NCBI GenBank assembly: GCA_019058295.1
Contig: JAHPZI010000020.1
Location: 42,632-92,155 of the forward strand
Direction: 5' to 3'
Length of the DNA stretch: 49,524 bases
From: Promethearchaeota archaeon
GTDB lineage: Archaea; Asgardarchaeota; Lokiarchaeia; Sigyniarchaeales; SOKP01
Under the pieces are notes generated by a model. The model worked only from the letters and a program-made list of their open reading frames with translations. It did not search any database and had not been told where the DNA came from. Position numbers and translations under genes: made by a program. Positions 1 to 10,141 of this stretch are shown piece after piece. How positions within the stretch are numbered: the stretch's first letter is position 1; the number at the start of each line of letters is the position of its first letter.

Positions 1-567
1 TGCGTTTCCAGCACCGCAAGCTGCGGCAGCACCCCCAGCACCCCCAGCACCACTCATAATATTAAATATATCATTCCACTCAGATGTAATATTCATAGAA
101 TTTTTGTAAAAGATACCTAAACTTAAGCCTCCCAAACCACCAACACTCCCATTACCACCAATACCACCCCAACCAGCTCCGCCAAATGCATCACCACCAA
201 TACCACCTGCACCCCCAGCACCCCCAGCACCACTCATAATATTATAAAAATCATTTCTCTTGTAAATGATATTTATAGAATTTTTGAAAAAGATACCTGA
301 ACTTAAGCCCCCATTACCACCAGTACCACCCCAACCACCATCACCACCAGCACCATTAGTACCTCCATTACCACCTGCGCCCCCATTACCACCAGCACCA
401 CCCGTTATATTCCATATACTATTCCAATCATTTGTAATATGTGTAGAATTTTCGTAATAAATACCCAAACTTAAGCCTCCCACCCCACCAACTTCACCAT
501 TACCACCAGCTCCCCCCATACCGCCAATTGAATTAGTACCTCCATTACCACCTGCGCCCCCATTACC
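1..567 (-). pseudogene. Out-of-frame continuation of the beta-helix/Gly-rich protein (189 open codons, runs off window)
   Basis: Translates as GNGGAGGNGGTNSIGG...GIYYENSTHITNDWNSIWNITGG...GIFFKNSINIIYKRNDFYNIMSG...GIFYKNSMNITSEWNDIFNIMSG with no stop. 561-580 (cattaccgcagcacccccca) lacks one C relative to the sister repeat near 908-928 (cattaccgccagcacccccca). Confidence 0.85.
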
Positions 568-1400
568 GCAGCACCCCCCATTATATTCCATATACTATTC
601 CAATCATTTGTAATATGTGTTGAGTTGTTGTAATAAATACCCCAACTTAAACCTCCCACACCACCAGCCTCACCATTACCGCCAGCACCAGCATAAAGAC
701 CATTACCGCCAACACCTCCTACACCTCCACTACCGCCAGCACTACTTGCTATATTCCATATACTATTCCATTCATTTATGATATGTGTAGAATTATCATA
801 ATAAATACCAAATCCTAAGCCCGATGAGCCACCAGCACCACCAACATTACCATCACCACCATCTTCCGACGATGAACCCCCATTACCGCCAGCACCCCCC
901 GTACCTCCATTACCGCCAGCACCCCCCATTATATTCCATATATTATTCCATTCATTTGTAATATATGTAGAGTTTTCGTAATAAATACCAGATCCTAAAC
1001 CCCCTGAGCCACCAGCACCCCCTATACCTCCATTCTTTCCAGGATCTCCGTTATCACCTTTCCCACCTTTTCCTCCAGCGCTACCTTTTCCTCCAATGAT
1101 ACTTGAAATATTGTTATAAGAATTATAGATCTCCTTCGAATTGTTAAAATATATGCCATAAGCGTTGTTTCCATTGCCTCCTTTCCCTCCTGGACCACCT
1201 GGATTTCCATCTGCCCCATTTCCTCCCAGACCACCATTTCCCCCAGAAATATTATTTATATTATTCAATGATATATTTGCATTGACACAATCGTATAATG
1301 CTATACCAATGGCGGCACTTCCAGCTCCTCCATCAGTTCCAAGTCCTCCATTAATCCCAACCGTACCATTAATATCATTAATATTGTTATTAATTATTGT
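1..1400 (-). repeat. At least 8 degenerate intragenic repeats (~160-180 bp), each one beta-helix coil plus a GGxGGx glycine-rich loop
   Basis: Recurrent tattccatatactattcc / ccattacc(a/g)ccagcacc DNA motifs; protein unit GIYYxNSxxIxNxWNxIxNI followed by ~25-40 aa Gly-rich segment. Confidence 0.9.
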
Positions 1401-2936
1401 CATATTTGATGACTCCATAATTTCAATTCCAACTTCAGCATTATAAATCATGCAATATTCGATAATAAAATAAGCGCTTGAATTTCCGATTAAGATGCCA
1501 ATTCCCGAACCGCTTCCATTAATCTCCAATCCAATAATAACGTACGGATCTGAATATGCTCCCGAACCAGAGCACCAATATTTTAATTTAGCTGTCATGC
1601 TCCAATTCAAAGCGCTCACACCAGAATCATCAATGTGAATTTTCTCACCTCCATAAAGGGGGCTTTCTACTAGTGGAAAATTATCTTCGCTGTTTGCACT
1701 ACCATCAATCCAAGTATAAGGAATATCAACAATTCCATCATTGTTAGAATCTGGAGTTGTGTGATTATCCCAATAATTGCCAACTTCTGAAATATTCCAT
1801 TGTGTATTCGTACCAGAGTCGCTCGCGTGATATATAAGATTTTCTTTTAAAGAATTAAAATATAATAAATTATTCTCACAGGCTCCACCTTCGATGGTTA
1901 TGCCATAATTTTGATTGTTTTTAAATAAATTGCCTATAATCGTATTATCATCGCAATCATCATATATACGTATCCCATCCGCACCATTATCATTTGCGGT
2001 GTTTCCCAAAATTTCATTGGAGCTACAATTAATCCATAAATATATCCCATTATCACCGCTCAAGTTTACGGTATTTCCCGAAATAGTATTGTTGTTACAC
2101 TCATCATATAATAATATCCCATAACGATCGTTATCGTTTGCGGTGTTTCCTTTAATTGTATTATTGAGACATTCATCGTTTAAATTTATTCCATCCCAAG
2201 TATTATCGTTTGCGGTGTTTTCCGAAAATGTATTGTTTTCGCAATACCATTTGCAACCTATACCCCAATCCTGTTTAGATGTTCCAACATTGCTCCCAGT
2301 GTTTCCCGAAATTGTATTATTATGGCACCAATACTCTAAACGTATACCCCAAATTTCGTTATTGTTTGCAGTGTTCCCTAATATTATATTGTTATCGCAA
2401 TATTGATATAGAAGGATCCCAAAATCTTGGGCTGACCCAGCAACATTAGTAGCGGTGTTTCCCGTAACTTTATTGTTGTCACAATCATCTGCCAGTAAGA
2501 TGCCTATTCTTCCATTATCATAACAATAGTTATTTATTAAAGTTCCGTTAGAAGTATTAATCATTTCGATGCCCGCGTCATATGCTCCTGTACCTGTATT
2601 AGTAACATTGCAATTTCTGATAATAAAAGTGACATTAGAATTTTCTATAAGAATTCCACTTCCCGAGCCAACTGCGGTGAGAGTTACATTTTCGATTATG
2701 TAATGGCCATTTTCATAATAGCACCAATCATTATTAGCTGCAGTATAACTCCAATTTAAATTATTATTTGTCTCGTCAACATGAATGAAAGTTTCAGTGT
2801 AAGTATCTGATTTTTTTGGACTTTTCAAATTTGTGTCTTCATGAATTACAACGTAATCGTCAATATGCTCTTGGTGATCGCTGAAATTATAATTTCTAAT
2901 TGTTGATACAGCAAAAATTATTGCTAATCCCAACAT
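471..2936 (-). CDS. Secreted right-handed parallel beta-helix (NosD/pectin-lyase-like) protein with glycine-rich repeat region; frameshifted near 569, true reading frame continues past position 1
   Basis: Hydrophobic N-terminus; many GIxL...CxNNxIxGNTAN PbH1-type repeats; GNYWD motif; two copies of an IHxD...NWS.TA...WC...PYxI module. The last ~30 aa of the called ORF are out of frame. Possible start at ACG 2966. Confidence 0.85.
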   Translation of the reverse strand: MLGLAIIFAVSTIRNYNFSDHQEHIDDYVVIHEDTNLKSPKKSDTYTETFIHVDETNNNLNWSYTAANNDWCYYENGHYIIENVTLTAVGSGSGILIENSNVTFIIRNCNVTNTGTGAYDAGIEMINTSNGTLINNYCYDNGRIGILLADDCDNNKVTGNTATNVAGSAQDFGILLYQYCDNNIILGNTANNNEIWGIRLEYWCHNNTISGNTGSNVGTSKQDWGIGCKWYCENNTFSENTANDNTWDGINLNDECLNNTIKGNTANDNDRYGILLYDECNNNTISGNTVNLSGDNGIYLWINCSSNEILGNTANDNGADGIRIYDDCDDNTIIGNLFKNNQNYGITIEGGACENNLLYFNSLKENLIYHASDSGTNTQWNISEVGNYWDNHTTPDSNNDGIVDIPYTWIDGSANSEDNFPLVESPLYGGEKIHIDDSGVSALNWSMTAKLKYWCSGSGAYSDPYVIIGLEINGSGSGIGILIGNSSAYFIIEYCMIYNAEVGIEIMESSNMTIINNNINDINGTVGINGGLGTDGGAGSAAIGIALYDCVNANISLNNINNISGGNGGLGGNGADGNPGGPGGKGGNGNNAYGIYFNNSKEIYNSYNNISSIIGGKGSAGGKGGKGDNGDPGKNGGIGGAGGSGGLGSGIYYENSTYITNEWNNIWNIMGGAGGNGGTGGAGGNGGSSSEDGGDGNVGGAGGSSGLGFGIYYDNSTHIINEWNSIWNIASSAGGSGGVGGVGGNGLYAGAGGNGEAGGVGGLSWGIYYNNSTHITNDWNSIWNIMGGAAVMGAQVVMEVLIQLAVWGELVVMVKLVGWEA

Positions 2937-3204
2937 AAATAATCTTAATTTTTGTTTAGATTTCGTTTTAATTCACCTTTTTTAAAAGGAATTTTACTTA
3001 ATGGTAAATTTAATTATTTTATATTTATGAAAATTACATTTATATATATTTCTGAAAAAATAGATATTTAGAAAACATTTAAACCAAGCTTATTATTTAA
3101 AACAGTAAAGACTGATTTTCCACAGAATTTGCTTTTCATAAATTTAATTAGTTCTTAATAATAATTTTTTACAAGTAAGGTTCTAAAAACAATTTATAAA
3201 TATT

Positions 3205-4107
3205 ATGCCGGTAAAATTTGCTATACCAGAACCAGAGACCGGATTGAACTTCATTGATGCTCACTGCCATATACCATTCCCGCGTCCTAAAAACGACATA
3301 CTTCCTTCTGATGAGCAACAGTACGAAAATTATTTCAAGATGGGAGGCGTATATCTGATTACATGTTCAATTGACCTTATAACGCTTGATTTGGTCTTAG
3401 AATTTATTAAAAATAAGAAAAGTATTGGCTTCACATGCGGATGGGCGCCTCAAACAGTTACTTACACTCAAAGAAGTAAGCACGATGAATATTATAACAA
3501 ATGGATTAAATTCATATTGAATAATTCTGAAAAATATTTAGCTATTGGTGAAATTGGATTAGATTTTCACCATGCAAAAACACTAGAACAAAGAAATAGG
3601 CAAGTTGAATTCTTGAAAAAAATTTTAGCAAGCACAGAAGAATTAGATAAACCTTATGTATTACATGTCAGAAATGCTGCTCCTCATGAATTTGATAGAA
3701 ATAATCCTAAGCATCGATTCAATAACAAAGATGGAGCAAATAAGGAAATTCTTCGAGTTCTTAAGGAGTTCAAAATCAATCCAAAAAAGGTTTTATGGCA
3801 CTGCTTTTCTGGACCTGAAGAATATGGGAGATTATTACCTAATCAAGGTTTCATGCTTTCTGTCCCTAGCTCATCCTATGGTTTTGAAAGATGGCGTAAT
3901 GTATCCAAAAACTCTCCAATAGAGAATTTAATTACTGAAACTGATTCTTACTATCAGCATCCTTTTAAAAGAGGTCCTGTAAATATACCTTCAAATGCTC
4001 GATATTCTATTTCGGCCATAGCCTATTCTCATAATTTATCTCAGAACGAGGTAAGCGAAAAAACTATTGAAAATGCGAAGAAATTTTTTAATTTAAGGAT
4101 AGAATAA
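3205..4107 (+). CDS. tatD: TatD-family metal-dependent hydrolase
   Basis: IDAHCH, AIGEIGLDF, LHVR, WHCFSG, ETDS motifs. Confidence 0.85.
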   Translation: MPVKFAIPEPETGLNFIDAHCHIPFPRPKNDILPSDEQQYENYFKMGGVYLITCSIDLITLDLVLEFIKNKKSIGFTCGWAPQTVTYTQRSKHDEYYNKWIKFILNNSEKYLAIGEIGLDFHHAKTLEQRNRQVEFLKKILASTEELDKPYVLHVRNAAPHEFDRNNPKHRFNNKDGANKEILRVLKEFKINPKKVLWHCFSGPEEYGRLLPNQGFMLSVPSSSYGFERWRNVSKNSPIENLITETDSYYQHPFKRGPVNIPSNARYSISAIAYSHNLSQNEVSEKTIENAKKFFNLRIE

Positions 4108-4202
4108 AATCTTTTATAATCGTAAATTACTCATTTTCCCAAATTTAAGATTTAATCTATCATTAAAATTATTAAGTTATAATTTTTTGGTTAATATTTT
4201 TA

Positions 4203-5693
4203 ATGATCAATAATAAATTAGTTAAATCTTTAGAACTTTTATTTAAACCTCGAAATGTAGTTATCTTCGAAGCAAAACAAAAAACTATTTATTTCGTTGA
4301 TGGATATAAATCGCAAGGATTCGATTTAAAAAATTTCTATTTAATTTCTCCCACGGAAAATGAATTTTCTGGTATAAGATGCTATAAATCTATTGAAGAA
4401 ATACCAATTGAGACGATCGATTATTTAATTTTATCTGTGGGAAGAGATAGACTTATTCAATCGTTAAAGACGATTTTAGAACATAAAAAAATAAAATTTA
4501 TTCACATATTTACAGCTGGAACAGGTGAATTTGACGATATAGGAAAAGAAATCGAACAACAAATAAAAGAAATTTTAAACAGTGACAATATCAATACTCG
4601 TACAATCGGACCCAACTGCTTTGGGATCTATAGTCCTAGTGGAAAAAGTGCATATTTACCGCTCTTTCCCACAGAGAGTGGAAATATTGGGATTATCTCT
4701 CACTCTGGTGATTTACTATCAAGAACAATACGTTTTGGGGATATTAAATTTAATCTTAAGTTTTCTAAGGCAGCAAGCATAGGCAATTGTATAAATATGC
4801 AATTTTCTGATTTTTTAGAATTTTTTAGCCAAGATGATGAGACTGAGATAATAGGAATATATTTTGAGGGTTTTTCACCTCATTCTATTAAAGAAGGGCG
4901 AAAATTGTATAATATCTTGAAAAATACACGGAAACCTGTTTTAATTCTAAGAGGTGGTAAAACTAAACGATCTCAGTCAGCTGCGTTAACCCATACTGGC
5001 TCATTAGGAACAGACAAAAAGATATGGGACGGATTATATAAACAAACACCACTTATCGAAGTTGGAAGTTCTTTAGATGAATTTCTGGATTCCTTATACA
5101 TGTTTTATGAATTTTATAAGAGAAATCGAAATTTAACATTGGAAGAAAAAATTAATCGTTTTCCTAAAACTACGAATGCTTTAGTTATTTTGTGGTCAGG
5201 AGGTCAAGGAATTATTGATACGGATGTATTAACAGAACTTGGAATCAATATGCCATTATTCGAGGGGAAAGTGAAAGAAAAATTATTGGAAGCATATCCT
5301 AATTTCAGAGTGGGCTCTCTTTCTAATCCCTTAGATTTACCTTGGGTTTCCTCTTCTCAAAAATTCGCTGATGTATGTAGAGCGGCGATTTCAGAAAATA
5401 TAGATCTTGTAATAATGTATAAGGATCAAGATCGTTCAAAAGACGAACGCTCAAAAAAGCGGTATCAAAATCTTTTAGAATTGAAAGATTATGTAGAATC
5501 TTTAAATAAGGTTTTTCTTATTATAATGCCAGAATATCCTGATAAAGGTCGAGTCAGTTATTATAAAAAACTGATAAAGGATGGTTTTATGGTATATCCA
5601 AATATGCGAAGAGCAGGAAAATCTTTTTTAGCATTTTATGAATATGGAAAAAAAATAAAAAGAATGATAAATAACCAAGAAAACAATGAATAA
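4203..5693 (+). CDS. Acyl-CoA synthetase (NDP-forming) alpha-subunit-like, CoA-binding protein
   Basis: LFKPRNV start, GPNCFG, SHSG, SIGN, phospho-His motif ALTHTGSL, NPLDL; no ATP-grasp domain. Confidence 0.8.
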   Translation: MINNKLVKSLELLFKPRNVVIFEAKQKTIYFVDGYKSQGFDLKNFYLISPTENEFSGIRCYKSIEEIPIETIDYLILSVGRDRLIQSLKTILEHKKIKFIHIFTAGTGEFDDIGKEIEQQIKEILNSDNINTRTIGPNCFGIYSPSGKSAYLPLFPTESGNIGIISHSGDLLSRTIRFGDIKFNLKFSKAASIGNCINMQFSDFLEFFSQDDETEIIGIYFEGFSPHSIKEGRKLYNILKNTRKPVLILRGGKTKRSQSAALTHTGSLGTDKKIWDGLYKQTPLIEVGSSLDEFLDSLYMFYEFYKRNRNLTLEEKINRFPKTTNALVILWSGGQGIIDTDVLTELGINMPLFEGKVKEKLLEAYPNFRVGSLSNPLDLPWVSSSQKFADVCRAAISENIDLVIMYKDQDRSKDERSKKRYQNLLELKDYVESLNKVFLIIMPEYPDKGRVSYYKKLIKDGFMVYPNMRRAGKSFLAFYEYGKKIKRMINNQENNE

Positions 5694-5717
5694 TAAGATT
5701 TTAACTTAATTTTTTAA

Positions 5718-6953
5718 CTAAAGGTCAACTTCTTTTTCAATTAAAATATCTTTACCCGTTAAATTTCTTCCGCAATATGGAGCTATTCTATTAAAAAACT
5801 CCATAGGATTATCTTTAAAGGCCTCTTCTGGGGTTAAAATTCCTTTTTTAGTGATTTTACCTTCAATGAGCATGATCGTTGCAATAGCTAAAGGTACACT
5901 TGTAACGCCAGCCATTTCCCCGTAAGGTTCGCGACCAAGCGCTACTCCCAACTTTTTTCTTTTTCCGTTCTTAATACCTGTAGCAATAACAGATAAAGTT
6001 GGTGGACCACCAACATATTCCTCTAATACCTCCTTCTCTCCACTATAAACTCTCTTTTCCATTTCAACATATTCTTTATTCAAAGCGATAGTCGCTTCTT
6101 CGATTGAAAGCTCTTTATCTTGTATCTTTTTGCTATATTCACGTACAACATTAGTAGCCATTTCTCCTATATACATTACATTTGAAATTGCATTTGCTTT
6201 AATAGTTCTGGAAAGCGTAACGGGTTCAGGGTGCCCGATGTAGCAAGTATACATATCCTTATATCCAGGAAAATCATATCTCTTCTCAGTTTCTATTAGA
6301 GGATCAATTTCAATCATCTTCCCATCTTTAAAAATTGGAATTTTTTCAACGGTTTCATAAAGTAAATGCTGTATAGCAGCATTGGGCTTATCTTGTTTTT
6401 TTCCTAATCTTTTCTCTAACTTATCCGGTTTAATAAAATATTTTGGCTTTCTTCCTGCTTTGATGTCGATATCCAAACCCCAAGCGGTAATTAATTCGTC
6501 CACTTCATCAAGCTTAGAGCAGGCATAAACAGCAAGGATATTCGTTATACCTGGACTCGCACCGATCCCTATAACTGCTGTAATCCCTGCACTCTTTGCT
6601 TTTTCATTCATTTCAAGCGCATCTAAAGTCGGTTTCCAATCATCGCAAATGTCAAGGAATGGTTTTTTAGCCTCAATTACTGCTTCCAAGATCGGCACTT
6701 CAAATTTAAAAAATGGACCGACAGTGTTTATTACAACATCATAGGACGACATTAAATTAATTAGTTTTTCCTTTTCAGTGATATCAATTTGTACAGCTGA
6801 TAATTTAGGAGAATTAACCATTTCAACAAAAGTAGAAGCAAGTTCATAATCTATATCAGCCACTGAAACTGCTGATACGCTGGGTGAATCCAGAAGAACT
6901 GCCACAGCCATCCTTCCCATATCGCCTGCCCCACCTAACGCTAAAATTTTCAT
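5718..6953 (-). CDS. Saccharopine dehydrogenase-like NAD(P)-dependent oxidoreductase
   Basis: GGAGDMG Rossmann motif, NTVGPF, DICDD, GIGASPGITN, GHPEP, GILTPE. Confidence 0.85.
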   Translation of the reverse strand: MKILALGGAGDMGRMAVAVLLDSPSVSAVSVADIDYELASTFVEMVNSPKLSAVQIDITEKEKLINLMSSYDVVINTVGPFFKFEVPILEAVIEAKKPFLDICDDWKPTLDALEMNEKAKSAGITAVIGIGASPGITNILAVYACSKLDEVDELITAWGLDIDIKAGRKPKYFIKPDKLEKRLGKKQDKPNAAIQHLLYETVEKIPIFKDGKMIEIDPLIETEKRYDFPGYKDMYTCYIGHPEPVTLSRTIKANAISNVMYIGEMATNVVREYSKKIQDKELSIEEATIALNKEYVEMEKRVYSGEKEVLEEYVGGPPTLSVIATGIKNGKRKKLGVALGREPYGEMAGVTSVPLAIATIMLIEGKITKKGILTPEEAFKDNPMEFFNRIAPYCGRNLTGKDILIEKEVDL

Positions 6954-7023
6954 ATATAAAAAAAAGTGTAATTCTTATTATAATTAATGTCTTAACTTGA
7001 TACGAATCAAAAATTCGAGATCC

Positions 7024-8703
7024 TCAAGATAAGACATTGTTTTTTATACATAGTTTTCTTAACACTTTTCCTGCTAGTGTTTTAGGATAATAAGTGCCTT
7101 TTTCTAAAACAATCTTTCCATTAATTATAACATACTCAATTCCTTCGGAAAACTGATGAGGATCTTTAAAAGTTGCAGGACTATTAACTGTTTTAGGATT
7201 GAATATAGTAATATCTGCAAAATTACCTTTTTTTAAAAATCCCCTATTTTCTAATTGCATCTGAGACGCTGGAAGGGAGGTCATTTTTCGAATCGCTTCT
7301 TCCATAGTGAAATATCCTTTATCACGAGCAAATTTTCCTAATACCTTAGTAAATGCACCATATTGAACTGGATGAGGTGTTTTATAATCTGCTCCAACAT
7401 GATCAGTAATTATTGAGCAATATGGATCACTAATCGCTTTAGCCATCACCATATCTCCAATTTTACCCCCAGCAATAACAGCTGAGAAAAAAATACCCTT
7501 ATGTTCTTCGATTATCAAGTCAAAAAATGTATTGAAGTAGTCTTTATTGAGTTTTTTAGCAATTTTTTTCAAGGGCATATTCTCGAATTTCTGATTTTTT
7601 TCTAATTTGAAGCCGTGCATTAGCAATTTTACTCTTAAAAGCTTGCTTAATAGAGTTTCCTTTAAAAAGACATCAGTCCAATAATCATTTTCCCAATTCG
7701 GCCATGTTATTTTAACATTTTTGATATCTTGAATAATTTTTTCGCGGATTTTTTGATCCTTCAACCTCTCTAAACATTTATCAATGCCACCATCCAAAAG
7801 TTTCGGTGGTAAACCGCAAAATGATGTTGAGCAAGCTGCAGCATATGGGATGTTATCATGTCCAACAATATGGGCACCTCGCTTTTTTGCTTGCATTATT
7901 ATTTTATCTGCTTTTTTAACCGTGCTTGGATTTACAGAGCTATGATGGGATAGATGAAGTTTAATTTCATTTTTCTCTGCGATATTGATTACTTCCTCAA
8001 CAGCCTTATGATATTGATTGCTTAAACCTCTCGTATGAGGTACGAGTGGACGATCATATTCCTTTAAAATCGATGATAGCTCTAAAATTTCATCTGTATG
8101 AGAATAAATACCTGGAACATAACCTAAACCAAGTGATAGGCCGAAAGCTCCCTCATCAAGTGCCTGTCGTATCTGATTTTTCATTTCAGAAATTTCAGTA
8201 TCATTTGCAAATCTAGCTTCAAAACCCATAATATTATTCCGTATAGTATTATGTCCAACTAAAATGGCGACATTAAAGTTTTGACCTATTCTTTCTAAAA
8301 AATCAAGATATTCTTTAAAATTTGTCCATTCATATTTTAAACCATCTTGAGGAAGAGCAAAATTCCAATATATACTTAGATCCTTCTCACGATCATGATT
8401 AATAGGTGCTGGACTAAAGCCACAATTCCCTGCGACTAATGTGGTGACTCCCATTCTTATCCAACTCTCCAATACCTCAGCATGACGTCGTGAAGGAAGG
8501 AAAAAATCTAAATGTGTATGCCCATCAATAAATCCGGGTGCAATTACCAATCCTTTTGCGTCAATTATTTTTGCAGCATCAACACCCTCGAATGATCCAA
8601 TATCTTCAATATATTCACCATTAATAAGCACCTCAGTCTTAAAGGGAGGGCTTCCCGTGCCATCCATAATGTTTCCATTTTTAATAAGAATTTTATCGCT
8701 CAT
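7024..8703 (-). CDS. N-acyl-D-amino-acid deacylase (D-aminoacylase) family amidohydrolase
   Basis: APGFIDGHTHLD, GNCGFS, GLGYVPG, PHTR, HLSH, EEAIRKMTSLPA, ADITIF. Confidence 0.85.
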   Translation of the reverse strand: MSDKILIKNGNIMDGTGSPPFKTEVLINGEYIEDIGSFEGVDAAKIIDAKGLVIAPGFIDGHTHLDFFLPSRRHAEVLESWIRMGVTTLVAGNCGFSPAPINHDREKDLSIYWNFALPQDGLKYEWTNFKEYLDFLERIGQNFNVAILVGHNTIRNNIMGFEARFANDTEISEMKNQIRQALDEGAFGLSLGLGYVPGIYSHTDEILELSSILKEYDRPLVPHTRGLSNQYHKAVEEVINIAEKNEIKLHLSHHSSVNPSTVKKADKIIMQAKKRGAHIVGHDNIPYAAACSTSFCGLPPKLLDGGIDKCLERLKDQKIREKIIQDIKNVKITWPNWENDYWTDVFLKETLLSKLLRVKLLMHGFKLEKNQKFENMPLKKIAKKLNKDYFNTFFDLIIEEHKGIFFSAVIAGGKIGDMVMAKAISDPYCSIITDHVGADYKTPHPVQYGAFTKVLGKFARDKGYFTMEEAIRKMTSLPASQMQLENRGFLKKGNFADITIFNPKTVNSPATFKDPHQFSEGIEYVIINGKIVLEKGTYYPKTLAGKVLRKLCIKNNVLS

Positions 8704-8770
8704 AATAGTAGCTCAGAAAATCATTACATTATGTTTGATTACAAAATTTTTTATATTTTAATTGTTAAAA

Positions 8771-10141
8771 TTAACGAGTTTTCATGATTGGCATTAAAAG
8801 TTGAAAGGTTTTTCTGTAGATTTTTCTTACTAATTCAAGATTAAATAAAATTCTTATCACTTTCAATAAAGAATGTCTCTTAGGCTTAAATGTAGATCGA
8901 TTTTTATCATATGTAATGTGAGAAATATAAAATCTTTTTTGAACCATTGAGAGTAATAATTGATAGCTTATAATTGCGATGATATCCCAAGCCCTCTTAA
9001 TATGATCTTCGGGATAGTTTAATTTTTCACCCATAGAAATTCTAATTATTTCAATAAGATGATATATGTCAATTTTACTTCCCATTAGTTCTCTTGCTGC
9101 CCATAATAAATAGATGCATCCTCCACAGTAGGAAATCAAAGCATCTGCCTTGGTTTGTTCTGCTTCCCTAAATTTTTTCGCTCCTTCTGAGATAATATCA
9201 AAAGGGATTGACATATTTTTAACCCAAGATGCCCCAGCTCCAAATCCGCAACATAATGAGTCCTTTTTAATATGCTTCATTTCAATAATTCTGCATCCAC
9301 ATTTTTCTAAAAGCTCTCTAGGAGCGTCCCAAAAAGCACCATCGAGAGACTTTGAAAAGCAGTTATCATGAACGGTAACCGTTATATTAAGTTTATTAGG
9401 AAGCTTAATTTCTCCAGAATTTATATTTTCTAAAAGCCATTCATTGAAATTAATAAAATTTCTATTATGATTTACGCCCATTTCTTTTGGATGTACCTCC
9501 GAAAAGATATATTGAACCGCATCTAAAGTATGAGCGATATTTTTCACATTCCATTCATCAAAATCTTTCTTACATCTTTCAGCAATTCTTTGAACCACAT
9601 CTAAATATCCCCCTTGATAAAGATATGCTCCCCCTTCCCATTGATCAATCCTATCCATAGGCTTAAAATAATCAAGTAATTTACTTCCTCCAATAATAAA
9701 TGGAAATAGGTGTGTGTAATTCCCAATTAGAAGGATCCTATCTTCTGGCTTAGGTACATAATTCATCCATTTATAAATCCATTTTGCTTCTTGCCTAGAT
9801 AAGAATAAATTTAATAATTGCCAAATATTAGGCTCCATTGTAGGAGTTACAAATCGATATAATGCAGGAGCGCCTCTTTTTTTATATAAATCATTCCACC
9901 TTTCTAAAATCAATTGGTAAGGATTGGCGTTTTTTGGACAATATAAATTACAAGAAAGGCAAGTATTACATTTATATAACACAGTTTCAGATTTATTTCC
10001 GTCAATTAATTTTTTTATCTCTTCCTTTGCTTGCTGTATTGGTAATTGCAATACAGGACATAAGTGTAAACACAATCCACATAGATCACATAAATCTTCC
10101 CTAAAAGCTTGACTTCTTTTTTTTGTTTTCATGATCACCAT
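8771..10141 (-). CDS. HdrD/GlpC-like Fe-S oxidoreductase with degenerate first CCG domain
   Basis: Two CxxCxxCxxxCP motifs; C-terminal HDNC / CCG / CGGC domain; first CCG position reads WEG. Confidence 0.8.
   Translation of the reverse strand: MVIMKTKKRSQAFREDLCDLCGLCLHLCPVLQLPIQQAKEEIKKLIDGNKSETVLYKCNTCLSCNLYCPKNANPYQLILERWNDLYKKRGAPALYRFVTPTMEPNIWQLLNLFLSRQEAKWIYKWMNYVPKPEDRILLIGNYTHLFPFIIGGSKLLDYFKPMDRIDQWEGGAYLYQGGYLDVVQRIAERCKKDFDEWNVKNIAHTLDAVQYIFSEVHPKEMGVNHNRNFINFNEWLLENINSGEIKLPNKLNITVTVHDNCFSKSLDGAFWDAPRELLEKCGCRIIEMKHIKKDSLCCGFGAGASWVKNMSIPFDIISEGAKKFREAEQTKADALISYCGGCIYLLWAARELMGSKIDIYHLIEIIRISMGEKLNYPEDHIKRAWDIIAIISYQLLLSMVQKRFYISHITYDKNRSTFKPKRHSLLKVIRILFNLELVRKIYRKTFQLLMPIMKTR

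Noticed and set aside
1-1400. Possible CRISPR array or DGR-type repeat
   Set aside because: Repeats are degenerate, codon-phased and intragenic; no constant repeat/unique spacer pattern, cas gene or reverse transcriptase.
266-1446. Pro-rich plus-strand ORFs (266-457, 1165-1446) and minus-strand 1022-1237
   Set aside because: Antisense or off-frame shadows of the GGN glycine codons of the beta-helix gene.
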